From Oculina patagonica (Eukaryota), in assembly GCF_052425735.1 (NCBI RefSeq), contig NC_135769.1:15562001-15626000 (forward strand): a stretch of 64,000 bases of DNA, written 5' to 3'. The position numbers and the translations under genes were made by a program. Under the pieces are notes generated by a model. It was not told where the DNA came from, did no database searches, and saw only the letters and a list, made by a program, of their open reading frames with translations. This document shows positions 22,501 to 31,315 of the stretch, one piece after another. Every line of letters begins with the position of its first letter. Position 1 is the first letter of the stretch.

Positions 22501-25500
22501 AAATGGGCAGGGAAAAGGTTCTTTTTTAGAATTTCAGTAAGCTTGGTTATGTCCTCGTGTAACCCCAACCAGGTGTTATTGATCTTGTAGGCCCGGTCGA
22601 CAAGAGTTCTAATGAGACCTACTTTGTACGAGTACGAGGTGAAGCTAAAATAATTAGTTAATAGCCCAGTATTAGGTTTTCTTGCGGTAAACTCTAGTAA
22701 GGAAAGAATTAGGGTCATTATTATCGATAAGAACATCAAGAAAGGGTAATTGGCGATTAAGTTCTTTTTCCATGGTAAACCTTATGTTAGGGTGCCTAGA
22801 GTTAATGTAGTTAAAAAATACAACAGCATCGTGCTCCGAGTGAAATAAACAAAAAGTGTCGTCAACATACCTACGATAAAATAAAATTTCAGACCCTTGA
22901 AAATTTTCCAACCATAGTTTTTCATGATGCCCCATAAAAAGATTTGCTAATACGGGAGCAAGGGGAGACCCCATGGCCACGCCTTTCTATGACCAAATTG
23001 ACGGCGTGGCCATGGGGTCTCCCCTTGCTCCCGTATTAGCAAATCTTTTTATGGGGCATCATGAAAAACTATGGTTGGAAAATTTTCAAGGGTCTGAAAT
23101 TTTATTTTATCGTAGGTATGTTGACGACACTTTTTGTTTATTTCACTCGGAGCACGATGCTGTTGTATTTTTTAACTACATTAACTCTAGGCACCCTAAC
23201 ATAAGGTTTACCATGGAAAAAGAACTTAATCGCCAATTACCCTTTCTTGATGTTCTTATCGATAATAATGACCCTAATTCTTTCCTTACTAGAGTTTACC
23301 GCAAGAAAACCTAATACTGGGCTATTAACTAATTATTTTAGCTTCACCTCGTACTCGTACAAAGTAGGTCTCATTAGAACTCTTGTCGACCGGGCCTACA
23401 AGATCAATAACACCTGGTTGGGGTTACACGAGGACATAACCAAGCTTACTGAAATTCTAAAAAAGAACCTTTTCCCTGCCCATTTAATTGAAAAGGTAGT
23501 TAACCGTTACATCACTGGTATCCATAGCAACCATTGTCCCCGGGGCTCCCTCCCTACTACTTTGCCCACATTTTACTTTAAGCTGCCGTACGTAGGCTAT
23601 TTTTCTGTCGTCACTCAGAAAAAGATTAGACACTTAATTAAGCGCTATTGTAATGATTTAGATATCAAACTAGTTTTTTCTTCTTTTAAGATCGGTAATC
23701 TTTTTGGAGTGAAAGACCCTATCCCTGGCGGTCTCCGTTCGTGTGTGGTTTACAAGTTTGCATGTGCGGGCTGTAATGCCTGTTATGTCGGCGAAACCAC
23801 CCGACATTTTGCCACACGCGTGCGTGAGCACTTAGCCAGTGATAAGGCCTCCCACATTTTCAAACACCTTCAGAATTCTGAACGCTGTCGCTCCTTGTGT
23901 TCAACAGATTGCTTTCATATTTTAGATCACGCCTCTACCAGCTTTCAACTTAAGATAAAGGAGGCTATCCATATTCAAAAGGAACTACCTTGCCTCAATC
24001 AGCAATTACACCATGTAAATCTAAAATTATCCTTCTAATTCACACATTTTCACGTTCTGTTGTTACTACTTGTCTTAATTAGCATTTTTTCTACTTATTA
24101 TTCAACTCACTGTGCTTTGTAAACCTTTCAACTGAAGATGACAGATGCTCTGTCGAAACATGTCTTTGAAACTTAAAAAAATTGTCGTTTTTCTTAAAAT
24201 CTTTACGTGTCTGCTGTTCTCAAGACCTTTTGTTATTGTAAGTATGTGCAACTAATCAAGACAAGTAATGGTGTGTCCTAGTAAACCATTATTGTAAGCT
24301 TTCTAGAGAAGGGGAAGCATTGGGCATGGACTATGAAGAAGAGTCTTGCAGTACCTCCCTTCACTCGGTTGTAATTTTCTACCGGTATTTGTTTAAGAAT
24401 CCTGGAAAACATACTGTGTGGCAATTCTGTGTGCACTAACCTTCCTCCATAGAGGGAGTAGTAACCCAATACCCTTCATACTAGTAATGATACCCTGATC
24501 CAGGGTCAATGTGGTGCTGATGCTGAGATACCCGTCTACTTGACTTTCTTCTAAACAGGAAAAAGTAATTTACCGCTAGAGATTAAAGAATTGAATGTCA
24601 ATGGCTTTTTTTCCTTCACCCTGACTAGCATGCCAGTTCATTTAAGCCACGTATCATGTCTCTCAAGTGGTTGTCCTTGAACAAACTTCAGAAGAAGGTT
24701 CAGACTGCTCCACTGCAGGCTGGGTTACAGGACGAGTTGTTCTCTGCATCAGAGATGCTTGTGTCCTCCGTTCAGGTGAGAGAAGAAACCACTAAACAGC
24801 GCTAGACACTTTAATGCTGTTTTATTCTGTCACATTGAAGAATGATTTCCTTGTTTGAGCCCTACAACTGGCCTTTTCTGAGAAACACAGTGGCCTAATG
24901 GTTAGTGCACTGGACTCTGGGTTGAGAAGCCTGGGTTTGAGCCCTGGCCTGGGTCATGTCTTCCTGGGCAAGACACTTTGCTCTCACAGTGTCTCTCTCC
25001 ACCCAGATGTAAAAATGGGTACCAGCATATTAAATGCTGGGCATAAACCTAACCCTATCCCCCACCCATGGGCAAGGAACTAAGCATAAACCTGCAGTGG
25101 ACTAACATCCCTTCCAGGGGGGTAGTAGAAATACTCCTGGTCACTTCATGCTACAGTAACCAAGATAAGCTCTGGTGGTATGGGCCACCTGGCCTGACAT
25201 AAACTTTACTAGCATTCTGCAGTCTAAATTGACTTTTTTGGAATTAAGTGTTATGGGGATTTGAAACAAGAAATATTCAGTCAGTGTTACATCCTTTGCC
25301 TGTAAGGTATCACAAGATGTCTGATTTATTTTATGATTAAGGTTAGCACTGCACTTAACTATCTTTTCGCTGAATTAACTTTGATTTATGTTTGATCTTA
25401 TAGGAGAAGATACATTACTATGAAAACAGTAAAAAAAGCCTCGAAAGGTAAGAGTTTGCAGTAGCTTACAGGGTTGAAATGGGTCAGGTAATGGTCAGGG

Positions 25501-28500
25501 AAACAAAAATTATCAAAGGTCAGGAAGAAGTCAGGTTATTCTTAATCAGGGATATTGAGAAGTTAGGAAATTGTAACATCTGATTTCTATGGCAAACATG
25601 ACCGTACAGCTCTGGCTGCCTTGCTAATTACTGACAATCAGGGCCCTACCAAATAAATGCCCTGACAAGTAAGGAGTACTGGCGAATATGAATATCACCA
25701 AATAATGGCCCAGGCAAATATGGGTCTTGTTAAATAAGATTCAGGTCAATAAAGAACCGGACAAATAAGGGATCTCTCAAATGAGACTCGTGCCAAATAC
25801 GTCTTTTCGAATAATGTCCCTGCAAATCAGGCCCTGTCAAAGAAGTGCGCTGTAGCTATGGGCCCTTACACGTGTTCTTTTATTTAGGGGCTTATACATT
25901 GGTTATCTGAAGCTCAGAACCTTTGTGGACGCTATTCATGTGGTGGTACAAGAGAACTGTCCCAATGTTCTGCCTCATGTCAAAATACGAGATAACCCAA
26001 ATGTGTCTAGGTAAGGAAAATCTTATTAATTAACTTTTTGCTGTGCTTCCTCTTTCTTGTTAAGATAATTTTAGTTCTTTTAGTTTGATGCTCTGACTGG
26101 GCGAGGGTACTGAATCCTGCCGAAACGGAGTGTTGCTGGTGACTGACGCTACACGTTCTACAACAACCTCAGTGGAAGTCTATTTCGAGTGAACTGACAC
26201 TCCTCTCAGGTTGTCTAAACGTCAGTCACCAACAACAGTCCTTTTGAGAACTAACCTACACTACGCAAACTATTACAGCTGAAACTGATAGTCCTGAATT
26301 AAACAAACGGCTTGTGAAAAAAAAAAAAAAAAACAGTGCAATAATTTTTCAAAATGATTTCATTTCAGAGAGGAATGGCAATGGCTTCAAACACTAGACT
26401 CCCTGAAAGTGAGTTTTTCCTTTTTTTTTCTTGAGCACTTCCTCCTGTCTTTATTGTTACTAGATGTCTTACTCCTTACTATTTCTGTTGTTGCTTATTT
26501 CTTTGTAAAGGAGGGCACTCAGGAGCCATCAAAGACTGCGCATGAATTTCAAGTGCTGGTGGCCAAAGCCGCCGAGACCTTGATGGAGAAAGTGGGAGTT
26601 AGTGAAGAGGTATTCTTTCAGAAGTGTAGTTGATTACTTTATACCATGCCATAGAAAATACAGCCAATCAGAATTCAGGAAAGCCGTTGTATATTCGACG
26701 GTATTCAACTCAACCTTCCCATCGTGCGCTGCTTTCTTATTCTCGACGTAATTTAGTCGGCGTATTTCTATGGCATGGTATAAAATAGTTAAAGGCTCGT
26801 GTGTATACCGCGAAAATACAAGTGACTCGTGGGATATTCCATAGTATACCACTCGAAAGCGTTGCATAACTAGTATTTATCTTTTTTTTTTCTCACTTGT
26901 GAGAAGTCCGGCGGGCTAAGGGTTAGTGAAGCAAATTGCAGTTCATTACTTTGTCAGTTTCCGCGTTGAGTAACGAGATTTCTTCCTCATTGTCAGGCGT
27001 CAAAACTTCACAGAATCTATGACCGGGAGGTGGTGGAACTAGATGAGAGTGTGTCATTTATAATTGTGTTCCCGCCCCCTGAGGAGGTGTGCAGTGCTCC
27101 AGGACAAGTGGACTCTCTCACAAATCAGAAAGGCTACATCTCTTTATCTGTACAGACGTTTGAAATGAGTAAGTAGGCATTGGGTGAATTATGAGTGCTT
27201 TATGAGTGATTTTAAATACTGCCAGTCAGACGGACGTATCGAGGATTACCCGGCCCTTCATCATTGACACTGATGAAGGGGTTCTAGGGGTTATCCCCGA
27301 AAGGTCTGACTGTTTTATATTTAAGACGGAATCCACTAGGAAGTCGAGTAATATTTATTAAAGTTGGACAAAAATCAATTTCCAGAATAATTTAAATCCT
27401 ATTGCGTTATTTCCTACCCTTAATAAAAGGTAAAGATGGAAGTAATTATCCGCGATAACACCAACAACAATTTCTTATCAGAGTCTGAGAAAATGAATTT
27501 CAAAGTTCACAAGGTATAGGAAAAATCTCACGTGTAGCCATTTTGTAAATTCGTCTTAAGCGATTCAGTGGAATTCAGCGGAACTTCAAAATGTGTTTTC
27601 GATGTGTGGTGTTGTTAGAAAAGATTTCTTTTGATAAGATATCTGAAGCAGTAACAAAAAAGTTTGCAATAAGGTGGAAATAATTCTGGTACAACAATTT
27701 CTTATCCGAGTCTGAGAAAATGATATTAAAAGTTCACAAGCTATGGGCAAAAGCTTACATCTTTTAAGCGATTCAGTGGAATTCAGCGGGACTTCAAAAT
27801 GTGTTTTCGATGTGTGGTGTTGTTAGAAAAGATTTCTTTCGATAAGATATTTGAAGCAGTAACACAAAAGCTTGCAATCAGGTGTAAATAGTTTTGGTAC
27901 ATAATTTTGTCCAATAACTACTCGAAGTCCTGGCGGATTTCCTCTTAAAAGCACTCCTAACATACGTTTCACCATTTTTGTCAATTAATTCTAGTGCTAC
28001 ACAGCAATATATTTTTTGTGACATTTGGTATATCATGCACAGTTAGTGGCACAAAACTGCGAGCAAGCAAACTAATTGTTTGTAAACAATTGGCTGATCG
28101 ATTGAACAGACGGCAAACTCGACAAAACTGATTAATTGACGGTTCTGCATGGCTTATATGTTTCGGGCTTAATGCAAGAAAAATCCGTTTGCGAACTCCG
28201 GGTGTACGAAATAACCTTGCTTAACGGTACCTTTTTTTTCAGTTCACATGTACACATACCAGCAAGAGTTTATTTGTCATTACTCTCGTCTCTCGTCTGT
28301 TCTGGATATGGACTCTGTCATCTCGCAGCAGTCGCTCAGAGAGGTACAGTTGGTTGGTTTTGTTCTCTGTAACTGGACACGGGAATTCATGTCGTACAAA
28401 CAGGCTTAAACTCTTTCTTATCGCTCTCTAAACTACAAAATGGCAAATACACAATTAAAATGACTAAAGAAAAAGAAATAAGGAAAAGAAAATTAACGAC

Positions 28501-31315
28501 CGTAAAGAAAGTCCTTGAATAGTTTTTACCTGTCCTTGTATCTCGCGTTTTCATTCGCATGTCACTTAAACAAATTTTTTTTTCCGTCTTCAAACAAGGC
28601 ATTCTCATCGCCCGAGGTACAGTTAGCAAAAGCACGACAAGAACAGCTGCTTGATTTTCAGCGGGTAAGTTGCCAAGCTATTTACGAACTTTCTAACTAC
28701 AAAATATGTTTTGTAGTCACTGCATGTGGCCGGCGCCAAGGGCGGGAACACACGTGTCGGCCAAATCACGTGGAGTTTAGCTCTTCACCTGATTGGCTGA
28801 ATGACTGTCGTTAAAGCAAAGCCAAAACAGGAGTTTACACATCTGGCCAATCACGGCAAACGCAAATAACACAACAAACCAATCAGAACTCGAAGTAAAA
28901 ACGTGCAACCGGCGCCAAGCGCGGGAAAACGAACTTCTGGCCAAGTCATGTTAGTTTTGATTTACTCCTTGTCGTAGTTTTGGATACAAAATTCCTGAAA
29001 AAATGGCCTTTTTTTTCTAGAATTTATACAAAAAGTGTTTATTCTTCTTTTAAAGATTTAGGAAGAAAGAATGATTGATAACCATAAGCTGCTGAGATAC
29101 TGATGAACAGATTGTTCTGACAGTCTCCAAAAGTATAATAAATACTTTTGCAGCGTTTTGCTTGTATAAAATTGTCCGTGAGACCTGAGTAAAATTTTAG
29201 AGAAACATCAGCTTCCGAATTTTACTCTGTACCTAAAATTCCCGAGATTTTATACAACTCTTTGTAACATCTTAAATTTTTGTATCTAAGCCTACCATGT
29301 CGAACAAGAAATGCAGCAACATGCTACATGATCTTTCCCACTAGCCAACCATTTACATAACTTTATGGTACCTAATGAATTATATGGCATATTTTCAAAG
29401 GAACTAGACGAGACGTGGCAAGGAATGCGTTGGATATTGGACGCTCTGCATTACGCCAGGGATCGTCAAATCCGAGGTGGAATACCGCTGGTCGAGGTGT
29501 TCCAATACTCTGTTTCTCATCCTGATGGTCAGTGTTGTGTCTGCTCGTCAGATTTGAAAGGAAAAGTCCTCTGCAATGGACAAAGTGAGTAAAAATCATT
29601 TTTAAAACGATTTTTGCAAACGACCATGCAAAAATAGACTGGACTTAAGCGCGGGAAAAATAATGTAAGCTTAGTCATGGTGGGTTTCGCTCCTGTTAAC
29701 AGTTTCGCTCCTGTTAACAGGAGTTAACAGTTGGTTGTAGGCGTTTGCCGAATTATAGAGGTCAGCGTACACGAGACCAAACCAAACACACCACTATGAT
29801 TCGTATAAATACTAGCTATGCAAACCTTTCGAGTGGTACACTATGGAATATCCCATGAGGCACTTGTATTTTCTGGGAATAAGGCTCGTGTGTATACCGA
29901 GAAAATACAAGTGACAAGTGGTATGGTATAAAGTCACATTCTGTGATTCGTGTTTCGTCAGATTCTACATCCAGCAACAGTCCCAAAGAGGGTGTGGTTC
30001 AAATTCACACAGCAGGGGAGACCAGTCTACCGCCTGGAGCCACAGTAACGGTACAGTAACACTAGAATCAACAACAACATCCTGCATTCCAATTGAAAGT
30101 AGAATCTTCAGAGGAAAAAAAACAGTTAATTCTGAGCAGAAACCCATAAGGGTTGAAACGTGTAACTCCCTATAATTTGCATTGCATAAAGCGTTTGCAC
30201 ATTCATTTACACTAAGGCGGTACCATATTTGGAAAATTACGAGAACCATTTAACCAATCAAAAAAACTATATTTGGATTAAATTCACAGCGCGCGCTAGC
30301 TCGCGCTCGATGGCGTAATCTTGTTTTTGAACAAGCTTGGTTGAATAAAGTTAAATTTGGTTAAATTCTCCTGTTTCACCTTCTTGAAGTAGTCTGGAGA
30401 ACTTCGCTTCGATGCACTTAATGTATTTCTTTAGTTTCTGTAAGAAATTAACGGCGTTTAGGTCGAAATTAAAGCAACTTACCACAAAACCAAAAATTAT
30501 GTTGCGTGTGTCATTACGTGTATAAAGCATTCGCGTACGAATTCTTCGTGTTTCCAAATATGGTACTTAGCAAAATGAATATTCTAACGCTGTGCGCGCG
30601 TGTTAACAGGTTTCAACCCTTATGGGTTTCTGCTCTGAGCTAATCTGTTGAGACTGCAGGCGGACAGTTCTTGTTCAAAACTAAGAGAAGAAACAGCCAT
30701 TTCTGGTTGCTTAAGTTCGCAATGGCCAGCTTCCTCTATGAGACGCGCCTGCAACGCTGAATACAACTACCATGATTCCCTGCAGGCGCATCTCATAGAG
30801 GGAATTGGCCATTGATTTCAGTTTACCTTTTTTCGTGGAACCCAGTCGCATCTCGTTCGCAATCACTCCCTAGGTTCCCCCTCCCCAACTGGGCAGATCC
30901 AAGATGGCGTCTGATTTGGACGATCCACCATTTTTGATTTCAGCGTGGAGGAAACCCTATAAACCCTGAAACAAGGCTACCTTGCTGTGTATCTAACCGT
31001 TCGTGTTTTATTTCTTTGTTATTTTAGCTTCATATAACGCCCAGCACAAGAGCGGGTGAAGTCGTAAAGATGGTTGTACAACAACTTCACAAGAAATGCC
31101 AAGATAGAGACAAATCTGCGCGGTGGCACAATCTCTCCGAGCAGAAAATTAAAGACTTGTGTTTAGTGGCAGTAATCGGCGGACAAGAAAAGTGTTTTAG
31201 AGACGATTTTAAGCCACTACAACTTCAAAATCCATGGAGACGAGGAAAGCTTTACCTCAGGTTGCGCTCTGAAGCTTTGGCTGCGTCTTCTTCGGGTTAT
31301 TTTACAAGTGTGTGA
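7519..31315 (+). CDS. ANKFN1: Ankyrin repeat and fibronectin type III domain protein (ANKFN1 / Drosophila wide awake-banderuola) with C-terminal Ras-association-like domain; ~1134 aa if exon 6 is skipped
   Basis: Exons: 7519-7673 (GC donor), 7817-7891, 10683-10849, 11444-11583, 12546-12595, [12697-12769 frame-breaking], 13110-13282, 14147-14191, 14716-14794, 15247-15350, 15495-15613, 16035-16113, 16924-17034, 17320-17417, 17866-17956, 18624-18782, 19672-19789, 20321-20456, 20952-21065, 21684-21779, 24629-24775, 25404-25447, 25888-26010, 26369-26408, 26511-26609, 26997-27168, 28243-28343, 28599-28664, 29401-29527 (or -29584), 29962-30050, 31028-31315. Phases are consistent apart from exon 6. 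Motifs: ankyrin (INEDGFAPLDVAVMLG..IVKMLLLYGA), FN3 (PPDKPSSVTISV...YYVRVCCGNLKGFGPW), family motifs GVYLACLLF, GLYIGYLKL, HVKIRDNPNVSREEWQW, MRWILDALHYARDR, and LCLVAVIGGQEKCFRDDFKPLQLQNPWRRGKLYLR. The low-complexity N-terminal exons are less certain than the domain exons. Confidence 0.9.
8845..9785 (+). repeat. Tandem array of ~74-bp unit (~12 copies) in ANKFN1 intron 2
   Basis: Unit CTGTCTATTGGCAAAACGCACAATCTGATTGGCTACACAAGTGTCTTCTATCGATTGTAAGCATAACTCAGTGT (e.g. 9061-9134). One inverted partial copy at ~10431-10482. Confidence 0.95.
9844..10020. mobile_element. pogo/Tigger-like MITE, TA TSD (related decayed copy at ~45015-45193, opposite orientation)
   Basis: ta|CAGTGGAACCT ... AGGTTCCACTG|ta. 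Confidence 0.75.
11732..11804 (+). mobile_element. tRNA-derived repeat/SINE head (not a functional tRNA)
   Basis: GGCTTCA...TGAAGCC acceptor stem, A box TAGCTCAGTTGG, B box GGTTCGAATCC. The anticodon stem is mismatched, and the GGT anticodon is not normally used in eukaryotes. Confidence 0.6.
17575..17649 (-). mobile_element. tRNA-derived repeat/SINE head
   Basis: Minus strand GCCTCGGGTAGCTCAGTGGTTAGGG...GGTTCGAATCCCGCTCAGGGCA: A and B boxes present, acceptor and anticodon stems broken. Confidence 0.55.
21815..21860 (-). ncRNA. Minimal hammerhead ribozyme, inverted copy
   Basis: Exact reverse complement of 24126-24171. Confidence 0.8.
21948..22983 (-). pseudogene. Inverted copy of the PLE RT + GIY-YIG fragment with the same frameshift (~22672)
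   Basis: ORFs 22672-22980 and 21948-22739 translate to the same peptides as the plus-arm ORFs. Confidence 0.92.
22984..24038 (+). pseudogene. PLE reverse transcriptase (C-terminal half) + GIY-YIG endonuclease, truncated, one +1 frameshift at ~23312
   Basis: FYDQIDGVAMGSPLAPVLANLFM, RYVDDTF, FTMEKE..QLPFLDV, VYRK; then in the shifted frame TGLLTNY...VVYKFACAGCNACYVGETTRHFATRVREH...IKEAIHIQKELPCLN. Confidence 0.92.
24126..24171 (+). ncRNA. Minimal type I hammerhead ribozyme at the PLE 3' end (sense to ANKFN1 pre-mRNA)
   Basis: TTTCAA-CTGAAGA-T-GACAGA(TGC)TCTGTC-GAAA-CAT-GTC|TTTGAAA: CUGANGA and GAAA cores, 6-bp stem II, palindromic ACAUGU stem III, GUC cleavage triplet, stem I UUUCAA/UU(U)GAAA with one bulge. 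Confidence 0.85.
24885..25200 (+). mobile_element. tRNA-derived SINE with conserved central domain (Deu/Nin-like); decayed relatives at ~15635-15860 and ~41165-41270
   Basis: TGGCCTAATGGTTAGTGCACTGGACTC...GGTTTGAGCCCTGG...CTGGGCAAGACACTTTGCTCTCACAGTGTCTCTCTCCACCCAG..TGTAAAAATGGGTACC. Confidence 0.65.
26131..26260. mobile_element. Decayed palindromic PLE-derived remnant (former hammerhead-bearing terminal repeat)
   Basis: TGTTGCTGGTGACTGACG / CGTCAGTCACCAACAACA and ACAACCTCAG / CTCAGGTTGT inverted arms; ends ...GTTGTC-TAAAC-GTC, i.e. a mutated GAAACGTC core. Confidence 0.45.
26634..26878. repeat. Palindromic interspersed repeat (related copy at ~29808-29935)
   Basis: TTTATACCATGCCATAGAAA ... 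TTTCTATGGCATGGTATAAA inverted arms; shared GGCTCGTGTGTATACCG.GAAAATACAAGTGAC. Confidence 0.6.
27223..27312 (+). ncRNA. Hammerhead-like motif within a short palindrome (PLE-type remnant)
   Basis: CTGATGA(27270)-A-GGGG...CCCC-GAAA-G-GTC, preceded by a degenerate antisense copy; outer arms CAGTCAGA/TCTGACTG. Stems I and III are imperfect. Confidence 0.5.
27465..27900 (+). repeat. Local direct duplication (~210-225 bp, 2 copies)
   Basis: ACAACAATTTCTTATC.GAGTCTGAGAAAATGA... begins at ~27465 and ~27691. Confidence 0.8.
30132..30637. mobile_element. MITE with ~28-bp TIRs (hAT-like, degenerate 8-bp TSD)
   Basis: CTGAGCAGAAACCCATAAGGGTTGAAAC ... GTTTCAACCCTTATGGGTTTCTGCTCTG; flanks AGTTAATT / AGCTAATC. 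Confidence 0.7.
30720..30814. repeat. Short foldback palindrome
   Basis: CAATGGCCAGCTTCCTCTATGAGACGCGCCTGCA ... TGCAGGCGCATCTCATAGAGGGAATTGGCCATTG. Confidence 0.7.

Larger units (their letters stand above)
21788..24230. mobile_element. Penelope-like retroelement (Penelope/Poseidon type), 5'-truncated, as a head-to-head inverted duplication in ANKFN1 intron 20
   Basis: The minus arm 21788-22983 mirrors the plus arm 23003-24198. 19-nt spacer 22984-23002; 30-nt tail 24201-24230 on the plus copy only; 15-bp TSD TGTTATTGTAAGTAT at 21773-21787 and 24231-24245. Confidence 0.95.

Noticed and set aside
21788-24230. Palindrome as a pure assembly/chimeric-read artefact
   Set aside because: Distinct unique flanks that continue the same gene, a 15-bp TSD, an asymmetric 30-nt tail and one inter-arm substitution argue for a real insertion.
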